From assembly GCA_043228905.1 (NCBI GenBank), contig JBHGNT010000002.1:20708001-20772000 (forward strand): a stretch of DNA of 64,000 nt, in the 5' to 3' direction. A model generated the notes under the pieces. That model had not been told where the DNA came from. It saw only the letters and a list, made by a program, of their open reading frames with translations, and did no database searches. This document shows positions 1 to 13,203 of this stretch, in pieces. The translations under genes were made by a program, and so were the position numbers. The DNA comes from Azolla caroliniana (Eukaryota; Plantae; Polypodiophyta). Positions within the stretch are counted from its first letter, which is position 1. Each line of letters opens with the position of its first letter.

Positions 1-2877
1 ATCTCAGTCTCGCTGACCTCATCGTCAGAGCTCGGATTGGAGTTGAGATCCGGAGTCGGAGGCAAGTACCAGGACGCGGACTCATCAAACACAACGTTGC
101 GGCTCACACGTGCTTGTTTGGTGCGCGGGTTATAACACTTATAATCCTTTTGCTCGTCCGAGTAACCGACCAAGATACATTTCTCGGCCTTCGCGTCCAC
201 CTTCCTCCATTTCTCCTTCGGCACATGCACATACGCAATGCTACCAAAAACTCGTAAGTGTCCCAGGTTCGGCTTCGTTCTGAAGTATAGCTCGTGCGCC
301 GACACTTTTTCTCCGATCCGATTCTGGATGTATATCGCGGTCCTTACCGCCTCGGCCTAGTAGAACTTGGGCAAGCTCTTCTCCTCCAGCATTGCCCGTG
401 CCGCTTCCACAACCGACCGATTTTTCCTCTCGGCCACGCCATTTTGCTCCGGCGTGTATCTACAACTGAATTCGTGCCGAATTCCCATCTGTTGTAGATA
501 ACCGTTGAATTGACCGGAAAAGTATTCCTTTCCGCCATCCAACCGCAGACACCTGATCTTTCTTCCTGTTTCCGTTTCCACGAACCCTTTGAGGTCCCGG
601 AAACAGTCGAAGACTTCGCTCTTCCTCTCAATGAGGTAGATCCACGTGTGCCACGTGTGCTATGTGTAGTCGTCGATGAAGGAGACGAAATATCGGCTCC
701 CGCCAAGACTAATATTTTTTGTCGGCCCCCACACATCGAAGTGTATCAAGTTGAGCTTGTTCCGACTCCGGTTACGCTCATTGGGGAAAGGAAGTCGGTG
801 TTGCTTCCCAAGCTGGCAGGCTTCACAAATTTTTGCCTTCCGGCCACTAAATTTGGGCAATCCGAACACCACTTGTTTCGATTGCAGGTCTTGAAGCTGC
901 TGGTAGTTGACGTGGCCTATCCGCTTGTGCCATAAGTCGATGTTCGACTCGACTTTTTGTCCCTTTGCAAACATTGCGGTGCCACCGTCAATAGAGTTGA
1001 GGATGAACATCCTCCCATCTCTATGCCCTTGCGCAATAACACGGCCTTCTTCCTCAATGAAGCACCCGAGGTGTGTAAACCGGACCTCCATCCCTTGGTC
1101 GACGACCTATCCGACCAACACCAAGTTCTTCGTGATTGTTGGGACGTGTAGCACGTTCATGAGTTTCCATTTCTGCCCGACATGGCTCAGGGGAACTTCA
1201 CCGACATTCACGATCGGATGCGGAGTGTCGTCTCCGGTTGCGACAACTCCCGGTTGCATTGGTTTTTCTAGGTACAAGAACCACTCCTTATGGCTTGTCA
1301 TGTGATTTGACGCGCCGGAGTCGACGTACCACACCTCATCCGATTTTGGGGTGCTCTGCTTCATTGAGTTTGCTTCGTGTCTCGTCACGAAGACTGACCC
1401 TTTTCCGGCTTCTCCACATCCTTCGGCGTAATGCGATCGTTGCCGATTTCCTTTGTTGGTCTGTCCGGAACTTGATCCGGAGCCAGTCCTCTCTGACTCG
1501 ACGCGCTTTTTCCAGCACTCGCTCTCCATGTGTCCTTTCTTACCATAGTACCAGCATTCCGCGGCGGATTTCCCTTGCCGGTTCTCGTTGCCTTGACTCC
1601 CCCTGTTTCCGAAGGGTCCGGAATTGTTGTCGGCGTCACTTCGGTGCCTTCTTCCTTGATCCCGTCGGCCGCCTCCATTGTGTACTGACTCGCCTCGTCC
1701 ACCGCGACCACAGGGCCTATCTCCCTCCGTGTACAGCATCTTGTTGTCGGCATGCGTGCTTGTCCACGCACCCGCGTGGTTCTCCTCTATAAGGAGCATC
1801 GATTGTAAGTCGAAAAACGACGGTGTATTCTCCCATGTACACACAGCAGTTCAGAACGCTTCGAACTTTGACGCCAAACCCCCGAGACAGACTTGGACCA
1901 TCTCGTTTTCCTCGATGTTCACATCAATGGAAGCTAAGGAGTCGCAGATGTCCTTGATCATTGAGGTATAGTCAGCCACCAACAAATCGCGTTGTCATAG
2001 GTTGCTCAACTCCTGTTGGAGCTGAAGCTTCCTGGCTGTGGTGCTCGCGGCAAAGATCTTCTTCAGATTTTCCCACGCAGCCTTTGGCGTTTTTGCATTC
2101 CAAACGTACCTTAATAGATGTTCACCCACACAAGACGCGAAACAGTACAACACTCTGCTCGCCGATTGTTCCCACGTCGGGAAGTCTTTGTGTGTCGATT
2201 CGGGTGCCGTGTCATTCGCTCCTTCGACATAGCTCCAGTAATCGTGCCCAAGCAGGTACTGGTGCATCTTGTAGGACCAAGATGTGTAGTTGGTTCTGTC
2301 GAGCTTCTCTGTCGGAAGCGAGCTAGCCATTCCTCTGTCCATCGGTTTTCTTTTTCTTCTTCGTTGGTTTTTCTTTAAGCAAAGTTGGCTGCAGAGGTTC
2401 TCAACCCTCGCGCTCTGATACCATGTGAAAGATTATGTGCGGAAGCAATATAGGAAACCGAACAACAGAAAACGCATGTTTAATGGAAAGCTTAGGTTTG
2501 CACAGTATGCACATGAGAGACAGAGAGAGACAGAAAATTCAAAAAACTAACACTCTATACATACATCGTGCTCAGTGAGCACCTTTTATACACGCCCTGA
2601 CAATGGGCTGACACAAGTACTGACAGTACTTGATTGCTCATAAATGAGCCTCGACTCTTACTCCCAAAACTATTCCTTACGAGGAATATCTCTCTAACGG
2701 CCTTTCGGTTTACGCACCGAAACGGCCTTCCTACACACCGGTCTGCGTACCAGTTTACGCATCCGTTTTACGCACCGGTCCAGCCTAACCGATCCGGTCC
2801 CAACCGATCCGATCCCAACTGATCCGGTCCTCGGCTTGCTCAGCCGATCCGGCCGATGTTGAGCTTGTCTCTCAACA
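1..2877 (-). mobile_element. Ty1/copia LTR retrotransposon, 5' part (5' LTR, PBS, gag, protease, GAG-pre-integrase, integrase); degenerate, runs off the window start
   Basis: ORF fragments: gag (EKLDRTNYTSWSYKM, 1995-2342), zinc knuckle and protease (WYVDSGASNHM, 1107-1844), LWHKRIGH...CEACQLGK and DVWGP (660-1091), integrase (LRLDGGKEY...TPEQNGVAERKN, 357-581). tRNA-Meti PBS TGGTATCAGAGC at 2423-2412. Confidence 0.95.
2424..2877 (-). repeat. 5' LTR of the copia element
   Basis: On the - strand it reads TGTTGAGAGACAAGCTCAAC...TTTCACA, directly followed by the PBS. Homologous to the LTRs at 12766-13203 and 62650-63108. Confidence 0.9.
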
Positions 2878-5197
2878 TCTATGTTTTATCCTTATATAGA
2901 CAGCCCGACCCTCTACTAAACATCCTCTGCCTGTGAATGTTGCATTATACTTAGCTTTCATTGCTATGAGTACTCCCCCATGAATTTGTCTGTCCCCCAT
3001 AGCTGCCGACCATGTATTGGTCCAACTCCTAGGGCAAATGTTTCCAATTTTTTCAATCTTATCCCCATCTAGATGATGCTCTTGCACCATGATAACATCA
3101 GGCACTATTGCCTCAGTGCATCGCTGAATTTCAGTAGCTAATACATTCTTCTTCATGTGGAATTGGCTACCACCAATTCCTTGTATATTCCATGTTAGCA
3201 AGCTAAGATTCATTTCAGCATATACCTCTTTAGTGGCCCAGCCAATGCATTTTCAGCTTCCACTAGGTTCCCTAAGATCATATCTTGGAGATTATCCTCT
3301 TCTAGTGTCACCATTTCAAGGTGGTATACCATGAATTCTGTGATCATTCGAGGCAACTTCCTAAATTTCACATTTATATAGCATATGCCTTGCTCATTCA
3401 CCTTGCCCGAGCTCCATATCATGGCATCTTTTCATTTTCACACTTATTGCGGTACCATATGTTGAATCTACATGAGCACCCATTTGTTGTTCCAACCATC
3501 CGAGTGCTTCTTCTCTGTTGTGGAGCTCCTTATTTCCCGCAACCAGCATATAGGACAATCCAACGATTTGATCTTCGTCCTCACAATTACTATAGATATT
3601 GATTCTACGCATGTTTTCCTTCTTCATCTCAACCCCACACATTTCCTTGAACTACTTTCTGCCTGTCAGTTTCAATTTGATTTGTTGCCCAGTATTTGAT
3701 AGGGGGGTCACTTTGTATTGAGGATTCCATTTCACTCTTGACCATTTATGCATACCTTTATTTTTCTCCATCCCATTCTCTTCCTCTTTTCTAGCACGCA
3801 TGTGCCTTTTCATTTTTGCTATCCCCTTAATATGTTGGGTTGTCACTAGCGACTTATCTTGTTCTTTCAAGGGGCTTATATCGTTTTGATTTCTTATTTC
3901 ATACATTCTTGATGCATCTGATTAGTTTCAAACACTAACACATTGTCTTCCTGCTGCAATGTCTGCATATCATTAATAACATTCACAAAGTTGCTCTCTG
4001 TATGTGACTTTGATCTTGCTTCCTTGTCATTAGCTATGTTTTCATTGTCCTCTAAGGTTAAGAATTCATATTTGTTGCTAAGTGGAAGCCATTCTTGTCC
4101 GAGCATAATTTTTTGTTTTCCTTTATTGTTCATATACTTCCATCCATCTTCATTCATCCGCATTGCATGGTTTGTTCTCATATTTTTCTGTTGTGTCAAA
4201 CTTGTTGGGCTTTTCCATCCATGCTTCCCATTTCTACGATGCATGATCTCCTTACCTTTAGGGAATTCTCGGGCCATATGCCCCATTTGTCTACATACAA
4301 AGCATTGCCCTGGAAGTCCGGCATATTCCACTGGTTGTACATGGTCAGGCATTAGTTTGCTGCTTAGCACCATTGTTTGTGGTAAGGCCTTTACATCAGA
4401 GACAATTAGTTTCATCCTCGGCGTTTCACTTACTCTCTCTGCAAATGTTTTTTCCAAACATTGCCCTCCCATACTCTTCCCAATGGTTGGGAGAAAGGAC
4501 TCCCATTACTTAGGTAAACAAGGGAAAAAGGTCGTTATTACTATTGGATTTCCTACACAAGCATTTGCTTTACACATGTCGAAGTCGACATCCCATTTGA
4601 ATACATATGCTCTTGCATTGTGCCATGTCAACGGACTGCTCTCGATAATTTTGCATATATTCATTTCAGGCATCACAGTAACATGGTAAAACCCCTTTCC
4701 CATAAATGTGAAGTCCTTCATTCTTCCAAGGTTTTCTTGCAGGCAACTTTGCAACCAATCATGCAACAACAGGCGATTCGGTCGACTACCCACCACTTTC
4801 ACCACAAATGATTCCTGTCTAAGTCTTATGATTTCACTCTCCATGATGCATTCTTCTTCCGAGGAGAGAACGAAGGCTCCCATAACTTGCATTGAGTTAT
4901 CACCTAGCCTATTCATCCCCTCTATCCCCTGTTCCAGATCATCATCATAAGCATTAGAGGTTTGATCCTCACATACCTGCGTCCCCTTGTTGGCAAGAGG
5001 GTTTCGAGCTGCAGTTCGTGCAGCCTCCGATGGTTCTGAGACATTGGTTGATGCCCCCTTTGTTGTCATCACTGTTGTCATGACCGCCATCCCTTCGAGC
5101 TGTTGTTCGTGCAGTCTCCCGACGAGCTCCTCCTGTTGTTCGTGCAGCTTCCCGATGAGCTCCTCCTGTTGTTCGTCTATCGTCCTTCGAATTGTCT
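2878..5197 (-). mobile_element. L1-clade LINE, degenerate: ORF1 (DUF4283-like, CCHC knuckle) and start of ORF2 AP-endonuclease; interrupted by the copia at 2877
   Basis: ORF2 start MNLSLLTWNIQGIGG...PDVIMVQEHHL is the APE motif (2872-3213). ORF1 fragments at 4506-5090 (FMGKGFYHV, VFKWD) and 3894-4472 (CFVCRQMGHMAR). An upstream 33-bp repeat encodes HEQQEELxGxL in frame. Confidence 0.85.
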
Positions 5198-5379
5198 AAA
5201 AAATTGTGAGAATTTTCATTTGTATATTTGTTATAACTTATACCTTACATTGGTTTAAATTAATCTAATCCAATGTAAAGGTCATTCATTAATGATTTAA
5301 TTATATGTTGTGGTCTATTGGTGAAGTTTTTGTAATCTATCCCAAAATTTGCGGGTGTAAGATGTAATTAAATGAAAAT

Positions 5380-5591
5380 AATCTTTTTGTTCCTTGATCA
5401 TCACCTACAAATAGAGACCTAATGTTTGTTCTCACACATGCAACGTGCACTTCACAACATCTTTTTGTAAATATTTTGATGGGGAAATCTTTTTGTTCCT
5501 TGATCATCACCACAAATAGAGGCCTAATGTTTGTTCTCCCACATGCAACATGCACTTCACAACATCTTTCTGTAGATATTTTGATGGGGAA
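5380..5591. repeat. Tandem duplication, ~105 bp x2
   Basis: AATCTTTTTGTTCCTTGATCATCAC...ATATTTTGATGGGGAA occurs twice in tandem. Confidence 0.85.
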
Positions 5592-6158
5592 AGGAAAAAC
5601 ATCATCTTTGGGAACAAAAGAATATCGTTGCACCGAATCTTTCAAGAATTAGGGTGATTTTGGTCAACTATGTCACAATGCACACCGTCATCGATATACA
5701 AGCAAAGTGTTGTGAGAAATGAGGTCAAAGTAAATATGAAATACAAAACAATAGGTAGGACGGTGATGCATGTGGCTACTTCCTTGTTGAAAGATAGTTG
5801 TCAAAGAATGAAAGTAGTGGTTGATCCATGTTTTAAACATTTAAGAGGAACTAGTCACACCTTCACTAAAAATACATGAGGGAAGCTTTGAGTGTGTGGG
5901 GGTGAGTTCCTTTTTCTAGAGATAACGTGTGTTGACCCGGAGCTTATAAAGCTTATTTTCACATATATAAGTGTGAATTAGCTTAGCTAACATAAACATG
6001 ATGTATTTTTCCATTTTATTTTTTAACTTACTTTATTAAGTCTCTTGATTAACGTCCTTAGGATTTAGTACGTTGAAGTAATCGACACGTTTGCAACATG
6101 CTTAAGGATGGTTGACATTGTTCTTACCAAACTCATCCCCAATAAGCTAGATGCCAAC

Positions 6159-6497
6159 TAACAATCGGCAACGGTTCGGTTCAGTTTGAGATTGTCAAAA
6201 CCGAACCATTTAAAATTTTTGAAACTTGAATCGAACCGAACTGAACCACGAAACCGTTAAACCGAAACGTTTAAAAAAATCTAAACCGTTAAATATTTCA
6301 TTATTTTAAAATTTAAAGATTTTCCTAAAATGTGAGAACAAGGCTTCAAATGATAAGTTTGTTTTTTTTTTTTTTTTAAAGAAATAAAAAACCGCTAAAC
6401 TATTTAAACCGTGGTTTCTATCCACTTAAACCGTTAAGTTATTAAGCCGTGATTTCGTGGTCCGGTTCAATTCAAACTGAATCGTTGCAGACTGTTA
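6159..6497. mobile_element. Non-autonomous hAT-type DNA transposon (MITE)
   Basis: Imperfect TIR TAACAATCGGCAACGGTTC / GAATCGTTGCAGACTGTTA. 8-bp TSD ATGCCAAC / ATGCCAAT. Many internal AAACCG motifs. Confidence 0.75.
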
Positions 6498-6711
6498 ATG
6501 CCAATCTAAATCTCCAAACACAACCTCGATGTGGGAGAACTTCACAAGGTAAGAAGTGCACTTGAGGTAGCACCACTTCAAGGATAACATAGGAGGCCAC
6601 CTTTCTTCAACATAAATGCTTCAATAAACACAACTAGCCTTGTTGGACTTCTTGTTCAACATCAAATAAAACCCTGACCAATAAGTTCTTATTCTCTAAA
6701 TGTGGCCACCA

Positions 6712-7179
6712 TGTGATAGCAAGGTTCGAACTTGTGACATATGCGTACATATGCTATATATTTATTATATTGTAATATAATATAATAATCAGTAAAATCC
6801 TAGAACATTCTAGAACTTCCTAAAACGTTACTAGAACTTCTTGAAACATTCTAGAACTTCCTAGAACATTCTAGAAAAACCTTCAATGCTCCACACTATA
6901 TATGAAGCCCCCTCACTCTTTTCGCACCATTCTAGTTCAACATCAATTTCAAGTTCTCCAAGTAAGCTCTCTCGAGTCTCTTGTATCTCTTTATCTTAGT
7001 ACATATTTCCTTCAATCATTACTCTGTCTCTCTTTATCCATCTGTCTACCACTATCTCACTTATTTCCTTTAACTATCATTTTTCTCCCACAAGCTCTAT
7101 TCACTAGTATCTCATCTATCCCTTTTATCATCACTATTTCTCTTAGTCTTTCTATTCCCATCTTGTCTTGGTTCTAACA
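6712..7179 (+). repeat. Solo LTR, gypsy/chromovirus-like
   Basis: TG...CTAACA termini. TTCTAGAAC repeats before a TATA box (ACACTATATATG) and a CT-rich U5, the same architecture as the chromovirus LTRs at 38673 and 55606. CACCA flanks the left end and overlaps the right end. Confidence 0.6.
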
Positions 7180-7186
7180 CCAACTT

Positions 7187-7540
7187 TGTCACGAGTAGAA
7201 AATATACACAAGAGAGTAGAAGATAATGAAAGGGATGAGTTGATTAATTGAAAGACTCTATAGCTGGTGTTGTTCACCTTGATTATAATCTAGGTGAACA
7301 CACATATTTATACAAGTTCTGAGATTGAATATCTCTAGAATATACCTAAGAAATATCTCTAGAATATACCATAGAACATTTCTAGAATATAATAAAGACT
7401 AGAATATTCTATATGCTAGACTATATAATATTAACCATATACAATTTATATATAATTTAAGGGTTTCCAAATGGTTTATCTAATATTACATATTGGGTGT
7501 GTTATAGGTTAAAGGTTCGAGTCACATCTTAGATGTGACA
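7187..7540 (-). repeat. Solo LTR, gypsy-like
   Basis: Terminal inverted TGTCAC...GTGACA. TSD AACTT / ATCTT (4 of 5). TCTAGAA repeats and a B-box-like GGTTCGAGTC near the terminus. Confidence 0.65.
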
Positions 7541-8092
7541 ATCTTACCCATTGCTTGTTAAATAAGAGTTTTGAGATAATAGTTAATCCAAGGTTGTTCT
7601 ATCCTTTCATTACCGTTGGACACACTTGATCTATGAAACTCACCACCAATAATGTGCATTTGTGGTTCTCAAGTGGCAATAATGAGTTTTGTAAGGCCAC
7701 CATGGTAATGTAAGTAATATCTTCACCCCTTAACATTTTAGGCATGAGAAGCAAGCAAAAAGATCCAAAAGACACGTAATAACATAATTTTGTGCTCCGG
7801 TTGCATGCAAGATACATGGGATTTTGGTTTTTAAGATGGGATGCAACAACATACTTGCTTCATGATGTATCAATAGACTCCTCTAAGAGTGAGGCCTTTT
7901 TGCAATGAAAATGTATCATGACATGGTAAAAATGTGGAGGCTCATGCTTCACACATTATACTACTTATGTTGCACCTAACTACAAAATCATATTCTTCAC
8001 TGAAAGGGGAAACCACACACGTCAATATATGTTAAAGCCCATCCCGTTGTCTATCATCGTAACCTTTTCTTCTATGCAATTTAGCTCACACT

Positions 8093-8382
8093 CACTACAA
8101 TGTGAGATAGTGTTACATGCAAAACTTACCTAATGATTAATTATTTAACCATAATTGATCATGAGATAAGTTTGGATTATGCACGTGGCAGACAAGTAAT
8201 TAGGGCACAAGTGATGAGAGTAGTCAACTACGCACACTACGGTGTGAGATAGTGTTACGTGCAAAACCTATCCCATTATCAAATATTTCACCATAATTGA
8301 TCATGAGATAGGTTTTGGTTATGCATGTAACAAATGAGCTATTAGGGCACAAGTGATGAGAATAATCGACTATGCACACTAT
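8093..8382. repeat. Tandem duplication, ~143 bp x2
   Basis: CACTAC..TGTGAGATAGTGTTAC...TAGGGCACAAGTGATGAGA is repeated. Confidence 0.8.
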
Positions 8383-8544
8383 GCCTTAAACAAGTTTGGA
8401 AATGCAAATCAATATATTCTAGAACCCACTTTTAACTACAAGTTTAGGTTTTCTATGAGGCGCCTTTTTATCCTGTTTGATCACATTTGACTTTTCTTTC
8501 CACACAGCTTCAACCAAACCTATCTCTCTCTCTCTCTCGATCGA

Positions 8545-9180
8545 TGGAAACACACAATTGTATTTATTTAAATAATTGTGTGTGAAAAACGCTACTTACA
8601 ATGGGTGTCACAATGGAGTATGGTCACCCACTAGCTATATGGGTAATGGAACATGTCAAATTGCCAATAGGCAAGATGAACACTCCACTGAAGAAAGAAT
8701 TTCCACTTGCTCCAATAAAGAAAATTGTCACATTAGTACTCCCTTCAACTTTCGTAGATATGCTTTGACTCTATACCTACCATCAAATGCAAAAGCACTG
8801 CACATATGTATCCCAATTATGCCCAATACCTCAAACATAGGAAAACGATTTCCATTGAGGAGATTCAACAGAGCAATGATACAAAAGATTAGTAGTCACT
8901 TGTAAGATGATGTTTGATGCTATAAACACCAATCAATCCACAATTACTCTTCTATTTGTAAAGGTAAAGGACCTTGCACCAATGCAATATTTTGTAGTTG
9001 TTGTTAGATAAACCCATAAAATTAGGCGAGATGCGTAATAAGTGTTGCACTACAACAAACTCCAAAATTCTTTGAGATGGAGCCTCAACTATATCTCCCA
9101 CCTCTTTGACCCCCAAACGAAACAAAGAAACAATCTCTGCTTTCTAGGCTAACATAATAACTGTGACGGCACAAGTAATA
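8545..9180 (-). mobile_element. L1-like LINE 3' fragment with internal deletion, flanked by (CT)n
   Basis: Colinear homology with 45385-46253, which encodes a zf-RVT domain. Lacks roughly 45700-46070 of that copy. Confidence 0.7.
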
Positions 9181-9486
9181 TCTTTCTCTCTCTTTCGCTC
9201 TCTCTCTCTCAACTATGTTTCGTAAACAAGTTTAGGAGTTTGGCATTGATCACACTTTGATACAATGCTTTGTCGTTAATTACATTTGAGTAAGTTTTCC
9301 ATGTATCTTCAACCCAACCCAATCCTTGCACGAATTTTCCTTTTGAGTAACAATGTGCACTCTCAATTGTATCATTCATTTGTAAAGTTCTTCAACATTG
9401 AGAATCACTACTCACTTTCCCTTGGATTACATGACAACATTATATTTTTATCTCATAGCTCATATGTGACATCCAAAGTCCATAAT

Positions 9487-9532
<46 letters not shown>

Positions 9533-10842
9533 CTCACTTTCCACTCTATAGTTTATGCTTGTGATGAGCCAAAATTAATAAAGGTAAATTGTGCATTATG
9601 TACAATAAAGACCTAATAGAAACTATGAAAAGCTTTAAATACCTTGGTCTTGAAGTTTCCTCAAATCATAGATGGAATGAATGTGTGAAACAAGGAAACA
9701 ACATATAACGATACATGCGAGAGCCAATCCCATTATCTACCATCCAAATGATTGCTTCTATATTATTTTTTTCCATAGTTATAAATATTTAGGTAATGTA
9801 TGCGAAGTATTTTAAAAGTTTTCAACCTTTTTTTAAATCCATTGAATATGTATTCTAAAGAGAAAATATGTAGAATACGTGTAGCATATGTACTTTAAGT
9901 ACTTATATTTGTGTTGCACTTAACCATTGTTCTTCGACCATTTTTATTTTTATTTTTAGGAAACTAATATACCTATTAAATACACTAAATATGTAGAATA
10001 CATTACATACTTAGGAACGTTTTGAAATGGTGGTTTTAAAATGTAGAATACGTGTTAAATATGTCAAAGTATTCTAAACATAAAATGTGCATTATAACAA
10101 CTATGCTTAATTCACACTCATTTCCATGTGAGACAAGACATTTAGGTTTTGCCCTAAAAAAGTTTGAAAGTTTGAGTATCACACTTTAATATAATGCTTT
10201 GCCTTTGCTCACACTCAACTATGCTTTCCCCACACCATTAATCCAACCTCATCCTTGCACGAATTTCGCTTATATTATAGGTTGCACTGTCATTTGCAAT
10301 ACTCACTTTCACATGATAACGTTATATTTGTGGTCTCATGAGTCATAATTGACCACTTGAGAATATAATAATCTCTCTCTCTCTCTAACACACACACGAT
10401 TAAAAGTAAGTGCTTTACTAACATTTTCATCAATCACTTGTATTAATCTTGTTTAACTTAATTAACAGAGTTTTGCTTGCTCTGTTTTTTTACCAATAAG
10501 TGGTTTCTAGTGTTAGTTATTCATCATTCTCAAAGATGCTACAAGGGTTTGTCCTAATGATTAATATGTTCGTTATTATCTTAGGAACAATTATTGTTTG
10601 TTCCTACCCATGTTGTTGATAATAGGGTAGAAAAATTCTAGATCCACACATGACCTCTATGAGGAGGTATAACTTTGGCTAAGATTAGGACATGCACTTG
10701 GTGTTACTCACCTTGAGTCGACACGGTCACAATTGCAAAACACAAAAGGTGAGGATAACAATGTTTTTATGTTGTTTCATAAAGTGAAAAGTTGTATGGT
10801 TGCTTGGTAGAACTCCATGGTTGACAATGCAACACAATTAAA

Positions 10843-11225
10843 AGTGAGTACCTAAGAAACTTTCACTCCAAATTTCTTCATCCATAATATAAATATTACC
10901 AATTCATAAGATCTTAACATATACTTTCATATTCTTATTGGCATGGGTAATGTTGGATAGCAAAATGATAACATATTGTTACAATTTTCAAAGTATCATA
11001 CATATGATCTTAATGAATGTCATATCAACTAGTGAGTACCTAAGAAAACTTTCACCCCAAATTTCTTCATCCATAATATAAATATTACCAATTCTTAAGA
11101 TCTTAACATATACTTTCATATTCTTATTGGCATGGGTAATGTTGGATAGCAAGCAAAGTGATAACATATTGTTACAATTTTCAAGGAATGATGCATATGA
11201 TCTTAATGAATGTCATATCAACTAG
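10843..11225. repeat. Tandem duplication, ~190 bp x2
   Basis: AGTGAGTACCTAAGAAACTTTCAC...GAATGTCATATCAACTAG occurs twice, near-identical. Confidence 0.9.
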
Positions 11226-12765
11226 AGCCTTCCCAACCTTTTGTTTTATCTAGCTATATCGACGTCTCAAATCATTGAGTTTGAAGTTGTTCTTGAGAAC
11301 TTTGAAGATTCGAGAAAAACCAATACTAGATGCTTATGTTTTTTAAATGAGCTCCTAAAGCTATATAACGAACAAAAAATTATTTTGATTTTACCTTTCA
11401 ACTATACATAGTTATCTAATATGTACCTTATATGGATTGAAAATAGTTTTGTGACAATATAGACTATGGAAAACCAAGCTTATGCTTTTTATGTAATTTA
11501 ACAACCTATAAGAAAAATATTTTATATATTGATAGAGGTGGGTGCTCTTACACCCAAAAAAAAATTCTACTTGCATTATGTGTCATGCATACTTGCATAG
11601 AATAGTGTGTACATGTTGGAATATGTGCCCAAGAGAAACCTTAAGAGATTGAATACATGATCTCCACTGTAATGTCACAGATACATTAAAAAAATGACAA
11701 AAAAAAATAAAAATCCAAAAAAACACTATTTCCCATTAGTTAGCAAAAGAAGTACAGCAAAGATCAGCCATAATCAAAACAACATAATCCTGATTCCCCA
11801 CCCTACTATTTACAACAAAAGTATCCCGCTAACATAGTATCCCGCTAAAGAAATGACAATTATGTTTAATTTCATAAAACTTGTATACATGTAACATAGG
11901 TATTGTTTGAAGGAAATATTCTTGGAAGGATGCTAACAAAAGTATGCATCCTCATCATGCCAAACACATTTCCATTGCACTTGAATTTTAAAAAAGAGAA
12001 AATAGATGAAGTCAACCCTGGTGGGAAATTGGTCGTAAACCCTTAAAAGAATCATCTTGATCCACAAGTAAAAACCGTGAATACAATTAAGCAACTCAAA
12101 TATTTGCATTACAAAGTGAAACGTGCTCTGATTGCAATCCATATAAAAGTCATAACAAAAAACCATGTGGGAGTGCATAACTATCAATGTGCTTGAAAAG
12201 AAGACGTTGACTTGACAGAAGGATATCCTTTCCCATTACACATGGTAAGGTTAACACTTTAATTTCCACTAGCATTTAATAACAAAGTGTGATTCAGCGC
12301 ATGGACTTAATGTGCCGCAAACTTGTGTCTACAACCACACTTTATTTTAACATGAATGTATTGAAAGTGGGAAACTTCAAATTGAGATGAAAACCTCGAA
12401 GGAATGTTTACAACATGTGGTTGCCCACCAGTATCTTGGGAATAGATGGGAGTTTTCAACAAACAAGCAAAAAAGTATCAACAGGAAGAAAACAAATAAC
12501 AAAGTAGCCAAGTATTCAACACTTATTAGAATGAATGTCCCAATGGTTGAAAGCATTTTTGCTAACAAAATTAAATTTAGACATTACAAAGCACCTCAAG
12601 ATAGAAAGCAAAGCAAAAGTGCTAGCAGTAATACAATAATGTAATGAAAGAGAGTGACGCCCTTACTATATGCAAGCAAGTAGTGAGACATTAATGTCAT
12701 TACCTAAAGTAGAGCAAGAAGTAAGATTTTGAATGGAAACAAGCGTTGATAAAACTATGGCTCAC

Positions 12766-13203
12766 TGTTAAGAAGGAAGCTCAACATGGGCCAAATCAGC
12801 TGAATAAGCCGAGAGCCGGATCGGAGAGCAGGATCCGCAGGGAGCCAACATGCCGTTAGAGGCCTATGCTTCTAGTTTAGTAGGTAGTTATAGCGTTAGG
12901 AGCCTATATTCCTATACTAGTGAATAGGAATATTATGGGCCGAGTTAGTGTCAAGCTCATTCATGAGCATTAAAGTACTAATTGCACTCGTGTCAGCCCA
13001 CTGTCAGGGTTTGTATGAAAGTGCTCTCTGAGCACACTTCTATGTATAGAGCATATTATTTTGAATTTGAGTTTCTAGTCTTCTGCTCTCCCTGTCTCCC
13101 CCGCGTTCTGTGTGTTTCTCCATTGTTTTATCTGTATTTTTCTCTCTTGTTGTCTAGTTGAGTTGGTTGTGTTATGTTTAGCTTCCGCACATAAATCTTT
13201 ACA
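12766..13203 (+). repeat. Solo copia LTR with 5-bp TSD
   Basis: TGTTAAGAAGGAAGCTCAACATGG...GCTTCCGCACATAAATCTTTACA, with exact TSD CTCAC on both sides. Homologous to the LTR at 2424-2877. Confidence 0.9.

Noticed and set aside
11690-12260. Degenerate LINE 3' end
   Set aside because: Only a faint resemblance; not enough motif support.
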